A DNA stretch of 32,000 nucleotides from Hyperthermus butylicus DSM 5456 (GTDB lineage Archaea > Thermoproteota > Thermoprotei_A > Sulfolobales > Pyrodictiaceae): positions 1,500,001-1,532,000 of the forward strand of contig NC_008818.1 in the NCBI RefSeq assembly GCF_000015145.1. The letters run 5' to 3'. Every line of letters begins with the position of its first letter. Positions within the stretch are counted from its first letter, which is position 1. This document shows, piece after piece, positions 25,951-32,000 of the stretch. The translations under genes were made by a program, and so were the position numbers. The notes beneath the pieces are model-generated. The model was not told the origin of the DNA. It made no database searches and was given only the letters and a program-made list of their open reading frames with translations.

Positions 25951-26877
25951 TTGGCTGTGCCAAGGATCACAGTGTACGTTGTTGATGTAGTGTTTAGGCC
26001 TTTGAGGAGTGTCCAGCTCAGGGGTGCCTGGAGTGGGGTTTTCTCGGGGAAGGTTGTGTATGATGCGTTGAGCCTTTCTGGCCTGGTGCTTGATCGTGGC
26101 GGGTTTTTCCGTGTAACTCCGGTTTACCGTGCCAGTGTCAGCCTTGACGCTCCGAGTAACGCTCCGGCGCCAGTTGCTGGAACGCTGTTCTCTGGGGAAC
26201 GGTACCGGTTCCGTGCCGTATTCTGGGGTTGGACCGGGTTTGTAGAGGCTAGGGATGCCGTTAATGCCCTGGTTAGCGGGCTGGGCGGGCTAGACTATGT
26301 CGAGGTACTTGAAGCTAGAGCCAGGACCATTGATGTCGAGTTGCCAGAGCCTCACATCGAGAATCACGGTGAGCGGCCGGTTGCCGGCGAGTTCGAGGTG
26401 CTTCACGAGGCTACATTCTACCGATTCCACGGCGCGCTAGTCTCGTACCCTAGCCCCTGGAGACTCATAGCGAGCGTTGCCCGGCGCATCTCAATGGCCT
26501 CAGGGATAGACTACCGCCCACTTGTCAGGCTCCTCCAGCCCTGCCTGGAGGTGGCTGTGGATAAGACTAAGAGGATGAGGATAAAGCTCACCCACGGCGA
26601 GGAAGTACCAGTCTTCAAGGGCCCCGTGGTCTACCATGTTGTCTGCAGCGAGCACCTCTACAGGCTAACCCAGCAAATGCTAGAGCTAGCCAAGCTCTTC
26701 GGCGTAGGCGGGAGCCCCGGCCTAGGCATCGGAGTAGTCTACAACGTTAGGAAGGTGCCATCACGCCATAAGTTACCGCCGGGCGTACTAAAGGATACCT
26801 ATGCCCTTGAACCCGAAGAGGGGGAGAAACTTGTAAAGCATGGAAGCGCAAATGGTGATGATACCAAAGAAACGTAG
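25951..26877 (+). CDS. Cas6-like / RAMP-fold protein, orphan
   Basis: 308 aa; N-terminal ferredoxin-like pattern, 'FFRVTPVYRASVSLDAPSNAPAPVAGTLFSGERYRFRAVFWG', 'HEATFYRFHGALVSYPSPWRLIASVARRI', and C-terminal glycine-rich loop 'AKLFGVGGSPGLGIGVV' as in Cas6 proteins. Confidence 0.6.
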   Translation: MAVPRITVYVVDVVFRPLRSVQLRGAWSGVFSGKVVYDALSLSGLVLDRGGFFRVTPVYRASVSLDAPSNAPAPVAGTLFSGERYRFRAVFWGWTGFVEARDAVNALVSGLGGLDYVEVLEARARTIDVELPEPHIENHGERPVAGEFEVLHEATFYRFHGALVSYPSPWRLIASVARRISMASGIDYRPLVRLLQPCLEVAVDKTKRMRIKLTHGEEVPVFKGPVVYHVVCSEHLYRLTQQMLELAKLFGVGGSPGLGIGVVYNVRKVPSRHKLPPGVLKDTYALEPEEGEKLVKHGSANGDDTKET

Positions 26878-26981
26878 TAGTAAACTGTATTGTGAAGCAA
26901 CCCTTCTCAATGGTACCATGGTATTAACTGAAGTGTATGAAACTTGGAAATTCACATGAACACCGTACCCATATCTCTACG

Positions 26982-28436
26982 CTATTCCTTTCTCTTCAGC
27001 CAGCGGTCTAGCCCAGTTGTCTTTGGCTGCTCTTTTGCTCTGCGGAGTACTTTTTCGATGAAGCGGTCTCTTACGGGCTCGTAGACCTCCCTGTAGAAGC
27101 GCTGTGGGTCCCGGAGGACGCTTCTCGGGAACTGTTTGAGGTACTCTAGTGCTGCCCGCCATGCCTCCTGGAAGCCTATTCCTGCTTCCTCGAACTTCCT
27201 GGCTACGTGGCGGTCGAAGTCCTCGGGGCGCTGCTCAACACCTCCTATCACGTACCAGCCCCTAGAGGATACCTGGGCCTTTTCGCCGCCGACCTCTTCC
27301 CAGCGCAGCTCGTCCTCTGGAACAGTTGCTGCCCGTGTACTGTAGCGCCTGGCCTCTGCTGCTAGTCTCGGCCTCCTAGCTGGGCCATAGTACTTGGCCC
27401 ATGCGTAGAATATGGCGCGGTTGAGGCCCCAGCTCTTCGCTTTCTCGAGGTCGCCCGTTAGCAGGTAGTATCGGGCAGCCTGGAGCAGCGCCATTACCGG
27501 AAAGCGGCCCGGCTCCCTCGGCTCACCGGGAGCTGTTGGCGCAGCTGCCGCTGCTGGTATTGCCGCCTCCAGCATTGATGGTAGGCCTATCTTGGCTGCT
27601 CTTGCCTCCATTAATGCTCTCTTCTTCACCTTGCCTATCCTTCGGAGAGCCTCTCTAGCATAGTCGTCGGCTTCGCCCTCCACATAGCTTCTCCACGCGT
27701 CTGGGTTGTGGTGGGGCCTAGCTGGGAGGCTCCAGTCGGGATTGAAGCTATCCAGCTCCTTGGGCGATAAGGCTACTGCTACCCTGTCGAGGCGTCGGTG
27801 TAGGCTGAGGGGCGCGGTGAACACACGCTTTGCTGCTACGAGGTTTTCCACCTTGACAAGCCCGCCACAGCCATGTACGGCGCGTAGTATTTCGGGTTCC
27901 AGCTCCTCAAGCACTAGCTCAGCTGCTGCAAACGCCACGTCGAGGGGATGCGCTTCCCCTAGAATGTCGCGGAACGCTCTCTCGTGGATCCTTATGTGCA
28001 TTCCTGCACCACTCCAGAGCATGTAGACGCTGCTGCAGACGCCGTGTTCCCGGCAGAGCTGCTCATATATCATCCTGGCGATTTCTACCACGCAGCGCCA
28101 CGCATCACCGATTCTCTGCTCGTCAATAATATCCACGTCTATGAACGGCGTAGCATAGGCCACGTTTTCCTCGTATCCTTCCTCCACATCGCTACGGGCC
28201 TCAAGCCTACGATACACCTCTATGGTCCCATAGAAGCTCCTGGCACCAATACTCTGGAACCTCCTAACAATCTCCAGCACGTCCCGGGGCTCACGTACAA
28301 CCAGTGGTCTCGGTCCAAGCCATCTAGCCCACTTCTTTCCCGGACCTTCAACTGCAGCCCAGCGGCCACGGAGGAAATCCGCCATCTCCCTCTGAACTTC
28401 ATGTCTGGAGTAGTATGCTAGGGGGCTAATAGTCAA
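26982..28436 (-). CDS. Divergent archaeo-eukaryotic primase (AEP) superfamily protein
   Basis: Within ORF 26982..28517; probable TTG start at 28436 giving MTISPLAYYSRHEVQREMADFLRGRW. Motifs: 'VAYATPFIDVDIID' (DxD), 'SSVYMLWSGAGMHIRIHERAF' (sGxGxH), 'VKVENLVAAKRVFTAPLSLHRRLDRVAVAL' (third motif). C-terminal helical extension. Confidence 0.7.
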   Translation of the reverse strand: MTISPLAYYSRHEVQREMADFLRGRWAAVEGPGKKWARWLGPRPLVVREPRDVLEIVRRFQSIGARSFYGTIEVYRRLEARSDVEEGYEENVAYATPFIDVDIIDEQRIGDAWRCVVEIARMIYEQLCREHGVCSSVYMLWSGAGMHIRIHERAFRDILGEAHPLDVAFAAAELVLEELEPEILRAVHGCGGLVKVENLVAAKRVFTAPLSLHRRLDRVAVALSPKELDSFNPDWSLPARPHHNPDAWRSYVEGEADDYAREALRRIGKVKKRALMEARAAKIGLPSMLEAAIPAAAAAPTAPGEPREPGRFPVMALLQAARYYLLTGDLEKAKSWGLNRAIFYAWAKYYGPARRPRLAAEARRYSTRAATVPEDELRWEEVGGEKAQVSSRGWYVIGGVEQRPEDFDRHVARKFEEAGIGFQEAWRAALEYLKQFPRSVLRDPQRFYREVYEPVRDRFIEKVLRRAKEQPKTTGLDRWLKRKE

Positions 28437-28731
28437 GGCCGAGGAAACCCCATGAAGTAGTATTACGCATAGCTGCCAGATTATTGCCTGGCAGGGTCTT
28501 CGGCCCAACCACTGCAAAGCTAGAATATAGCTTCCCAGTAATCCACGGTTGCATAGCTACATAATGCCCTGTAACAGCTATAGCTAACACGTGGATGTGA
28601 GCCAGCGAAAATCTGTACCAGAGCTGGAAGACTCGAATACCAGGTTCTGCCGCATGGCGGGCTCGGCGACTCTACCCATCCACATAACTCCGCAGGGGTT
28701 CGGCGCCGCCCAAGCAGCTAGGCTGTTGTCC

Positions 28732-29403
28732 TCACCGCCCCAGTTTACGTGGTATCCTCGTGTGGTCCCCTAGTATCCAGTATTCGCCATCGCTCCTCTT
28801 CTCAAGCTTATATACTGGTACCTTGTGTTTAATCTCCTCCAACACTATTGCTGCTGTGGTGAATGCTTGGTGCCTCGAGACCGCTGTTACGAACACGTAT
28901 ATCGTTGGGTCGCCGGGCCTGCGCGGGCCGTGGTAGTGGTATACTGCTATGTCACGTACGCCGGGAGCTGATGCATACTTCTCAGCTATTCTCATCATTT
29001 CCCTCTCAGCTAGCTCCCTCACAGCTTCATAGTAGAGCTCGTGCACTGTCGAGCCTTCAACTAGGCCCTTTACGAAGCCCGCAAACGAGACTAGTGCCCC
29101 AGCACCGGTAGCGCCTCCCCGCAGCGAGAGCACCTCGTACACCATGTTGAAGTCTAGACGCTCGTTAGGGCCGAGTAGCCTGGCTGCTACGGGGCCAGGT
29201 GGGGGGCTGAGGAGGTAGACCTCGCTAGCGCCCTCCGGCAGTTTGTCCTCGACGCGTCTGCCGAGAGCGTAGATGGCTCCCTCAACACCAACCCTCTCTA
29301 TAATGCACTCAATTGTTACACACTCCTCGGACAGTTCTAGAACGTGGTGGAAGGGGTTGCCCTCCCGGAACCCTAGCACGTGAAGCCTGCGGCCCACCAG
29401 CAC
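28732..29403 (-). CDS. moaE: Molybdopterin synthase catalytic subunit MoaE with N-terminal extension
   Basis: 223 aa; 'GAGALVSFAGFVKGLVEGSTVHELYYEAVRELAEREMMRIAEKY...IYVFVTAVSRHQAFTTAAIVLEEIKHKVPVYKLEKRSDGEYWI' is a clear MoaE pattern after about 90 extra N-terminal residues. Confidence 0.85.
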   Translation of the reverse strand: MLVGRRLHVLGFREGNPFHHVLELSEECVTIECIIERVGVEGAIYALGRRVEDKLPEGASEVYLLSPPPGPVAARLLGPNERLDFNMVYEVLSLRGGATGAGALVSFAGFVKGLVEGSTVHELYYEAVRELAEREMMRIAEKYASAPGVRDIAVYHYHGPRRPGDPTIYVFVTAVSRHQAFTTAAIVLEEIKHKVPVYKLEKRSDGEYWILGDHTRIPRKLGR

Positions 29404-29456
29404 AGCACCCAGGATAGAGGAAGGATGGGCGGGGTTATGCGGGCTTGCCTGGAGAG

Positions 29457-30080
29457 CTACAGGCGAATGCCATGCTTCACTTTTACCTCTAGCAGGCCGC
29501 GCAGCTTTACACCATAGTCTGGGGGCAGCTTGTGGCCGTGCTCCGCGTAGAGCTTGAGCACATAGCCCTCGTAGCTCCGGTAGCTGGCTAGCATCTCTCG
29601 GAGCTCCCAGGGCTCCGGAGCCTCCTCCAACACAACCACACGGTGGGCTGGCGATTCGAAACTATAGCTTTCAGCTAGTCCCAGCCTGTCGACATGGCTG
29701 AGGGTTCTTGCTAGCAGCGCTGCCTCCTCTACACCCGAAGCATGGGCTGGCGGACGGCCAACATCCACTAGGGCTGCCCGGTAGCACAGCTTGTCGCTGC
29801 GATGATAGCCTCCAGGCGTAGCACAGGAGCCGTAGACCTCCACAAACAACACCCTCCCACGGCTAGCAGCACCATAGTCGGCACCAGCCTCCCGCAGCGC
29901 ATTCAGCATCCAGGCTGGCGCCCTCCTTCCACTACCAGTATAGACCCTCCCATCGACAACTACCGCGAGATAACCGTCAAGCTTAACCTCTACTATAGCC
30001 TCGCCGGAAACCCGTAGCCTGCCACGCCTCACAAGGCTCCAGTAAATGGGGAGTGTCAGCACTGGATGCAGACGCGCCAT
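29457..30080 (-). CDS. Small ATP-dependent RNA/DNA ligase-like nucleotidyltransferase
   Basis: Within ORF 29457..30266; probable ATG at 30080 (MARLHPVLTLPIYWSLVRR). Ligase-like motifs: I 'VEVKLDGYLAVVVDGRVYTGSG', III 'VLFVEVYG', IV 'EGYVLKLY', V 'GVKLRGLLEVKVKH'. Confidence 0.65.
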   Translation of the reverse strand: MARLHPVLTLPIYWSLVRRGRLRVSGEAIVEVKLDGYLAVVVDGRVYTGSGRRAPAWMLNALREAGADYGAASRGRVLFVEVYGSCATPGGYHRSDKLCYRAALVDVGRPPAHASGVEEAALLARTLSHVDRLGLAESYSFESPAHRVVVLEEAPEPWELREMLASYRSYEGYVLKLYAEHGHKLPPDYGVKLRGLLEVKVKHGIRL

Positions 30081-30379
30081 GTCCCCGGCCCCTAAAACAT
30101 CGGACACGCAAGACGGGGTATCTGGTTTACTAGCTTGTCTAGCCTGCTCTCCTCTTAGCCCAATCATCTGCCCTAGACTGGCACCTTCTCTAAAATACTC
30201 GTCCCGGCAGGACGGATCCTGAAGCCATACTCCATCCCACGGAGCGACCCAGCTCAGCCTAAACATCCTCGTCGATTGATACTTTGTAGACGTAATACTC
30301 TCGCCAACGTGGCAGACTCAATAGCCTACCTATTATGGCCGCCGAGTGTAATGCCCAGCACTGATAGCATTGGATGCAT

Positions 30380-31102
30380 TCAAGCACAGCGGAATGGTAT
30401 AGTGCCGCTAAACATTATCCTCAATTTGTCGCCAGCTCTTTCAGCGCTAAATCTGAGCCCACGCACCGCAACCCCAGCCTCTAGGGCGATGCATAGGCTA
30501 CGGGCTAGCAGGGGGTCTGCACGGCCATTCGGAGCTATAGCCTCCACGTCGCCCCTCAGTGCAAGAATTGCCAGCTCAGCCTCAAAGCCTTGGAGCCGTA
30601 GCATCCGGAGAGTCTCGACATGTTTTAGCCCGCGTTTGCTAGGAGCGTCAGGCCAGAGGGCTATGGGGCCAACAGCATAGTTTGTAGCTTTTACCTCTAC
30701 GATCCTAACGGAGTTGCCGACGGATACTATGAAGTCGAACCTGGAGCCGAGAATCTGCCTTTCCCTCTCATAGCTGGCACCACCATAGATTAGCGGTATA
30801 ACTTTCTCGAACAGCTTGTTCGGCAGCCTTGTGTCCTCGAGTACTAGCATGTCATTATCGTAGAAGGCTACGAGGTCGCAGCTCGTCCTTCGGCCTGGCC
30901 TCCAAGCTCGCTTGTAGAGCACACGCGTCCCAGGACGTAATGCCGGGATCCTACCCGGATCATGTATGTGGCATGTGAACTCTCTTCCCGCAGCTTCTAG
31001 CACAGCTGTAAACCTGTTGGGCCTGGCTAGCAGGGTGGCCTCCTCTACACCGCTAATCTCCAGAACCAGCCTGCTCGTTGATGAGGCGTTGGAGCTTCTC
31101 AT
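30380..31102 (-). CDS. sfsA: SfsA family protein (sugar fermentation stimulation protein homolog)
   Basis: 240 aa; 'LLARPNRFTAVLEAAGREFTCHIHDPGRIPALRPGTRVLYK', 'DNDMLVLEDTRLPNKLFEKVIPLI', 'YERERQILGSRFDFIVSVGNSVRIVEVKATNYAVGPIALWPDAPSKRGLKHVETL'. The start may be shorter. Confidence 0.9.
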   Translation of the reverse strand: MRSSNASSTSRLVLEISGVEEATLLARPNRFTAVLEAAGREFTCHIHDPGRIPALRPGTRVLYKRAWRPGRRTSCDLVAFYDNDMLVLEDTRLPNKLFEKVIPLIYGGASYERERQILGSRFDFIVSVGNSVRIVEVKATNYAVGPIALWPDAPSKRGLKHVETLRMLRLQGFEAELAILALRGDVEAIAPNGRADPLLARSLCIALEAGVAVRGLRFSAERAGDKLRIMFSGTIPFRCA

Positions 31103-31985
31103 ACTCGCCCCTCTTCATCCCCCAGTACATGCCTTCGCCGGGGAACCTGCCATTGCGTACATCCGAGGCATACTCGCTGACGGCTCTCCGAATAATTGCG
31201 GCAAGGTCAACATATTTCTTGGCGAACGGTGGCGGGGTCGGGGTTAGGCCGAGGAGATCATGGATTACCAGTACCTGGCCGTCACAGTAGGGACCACTAC
31301 CGATACATATAGTTGGTATTGAGAGTTTCCTCGTTATCTCCCTCGCTACTTCCCACGCCGTAAACTCTATGACTACAGCAAAGGCGCCAGCCTCCTCTGC
31401 ACCTATAGCCTCCCGGATAACCTCCATGGCTTCGCTGGCCGTTTTGCCTGCCAGGCGGTAGCCACCGAGCAGCTTGTAGCGTTGCGGGGTAAGCCCCACA
31501 TGGGCCACGACTGGTATACCCGCCCTCACCAATGCTCTTATGGTGTCGCTGTAGCTGGCCCCGCCCTCTATCTTCACTGCATCAGCCCCGGCTGCAATTA
31601 GCCTGCCAGCATTCAGTACCGCGTCCCGGGTTGAGGCCTCGTAGCTCATAAACGGCATATCGGCGACGATTAGGGCTCGGGGCTGGGCTCTTGCAACAGC
31701 TGCTGTATGCCTCTCCATGTCCTCAAGGGTGACCTGGTGAGTAGAAGGGAGACCTAGAACAACCATGCCGAGAGAGTCTCCCACAAGAATCATATCTACG
31801 CCGGCTTCGTCGACGAGCTTTGCTGTTATGTAGTCGTAAGCCGTAACCATTACTATGCGCTCTCCGCGCTGCTTAGCACGAACTATATCTCGCACGGTAA
31901 CCTTCTCCCGGCCAGCCATCGCTCTAGCAACCTCACAGCTCTCCACATAGCTTCGTTGAATGGTGCCCTTAGCCCGAGCCTCCAA
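31053..31985 (-). CDS. panB: 3-methyl-2-oxobutanoate hydroxymethyltransferase
   Basis: 310 aa; '[51 protein letters not shown]', '[10 protein letters not shown]', 'ADAVKIEGG', '[13 protein letters not shown]', '[22 protein letters not shown]'-type PanB signatures. Confidence 0.95.
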   Translation of the reverse strand: [310 protein letters not shown]

Positions 31986-32000
31986 GCCTCACGGGCTACC

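Noticed and set aside
26855-26935. Possible C/D box sRNA (gtgatga ... ctga)
   Set aside because: Spacing is too long and the internal D'/C' boxes are weak; the GTGATGA falls inside the Cas6-like ORF tail.
1-32000. CRISPR arrays, tRNA, rRNA, transposases or long direct repeats
   Set aside because: None recognised by eye. This is not an exhaustive search; tRNAscan-SE, Infernal and a repeat finder would be needed.

Overview
GC-rich hyperthermophilic archaeal chromosome segment. Protein style suggests Crenarchaeota, probably Desulfurococcales/Pyrodictiaceae; this is inferred from memory, not searched. Left part, minus strand: a membrane protein, DUF58 protein and MoxR-type ATPase operon; an ATPase with a degenerate Walker A; a flippase gene broken by a frameshift; and a TauE/SafE-like permease broken by two frameshifts. 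Next, a ribbon-helix-helix (RHH) protein with ATP sulfurylase (sat), a VapBC-like pair with a frameshifted toxin, an alkaline-phosphatase-superfamily phosphodiesterase with a second RHH protein, two glycosyltransferases in an AT-rich patch, and a decayed second phosphodiesterase. From 14.8 to 25 kb, a minus-strand block combines Tat translocase genes (tatC, tatA) with a System I cytochrome c maturation cluster: ccmB, a CcmE-like protein carrying a CX3Y motif, ccmC with a C-terminal OB-like extension, ccmA, and an enlarged ccmF. That block ends with a striking thioredoxin / CXXCH cytochrome / CcdA-DsbD three-part fusion and an HTH regulator. The right end carries a CBS-domain protein, an orphan Cas6-like RAMP protein, a divergent archaeo-eukaryotic primase, MoaE with an N-terminal extension, a small ATP-dependent ligase-like protein, SfsA and PanB. 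The best candidates for novelty are the Trx-cytochrome-CcdA fusion with its variant Ccm cluster, the primase/ligase/SfsA/Cas6-like neighbourhood, and the sat/RHH/phosphodiesterase/glycosyltransferase neighbourhood. No CRISPR array, tRNA, rRNA or transposase was recognised.
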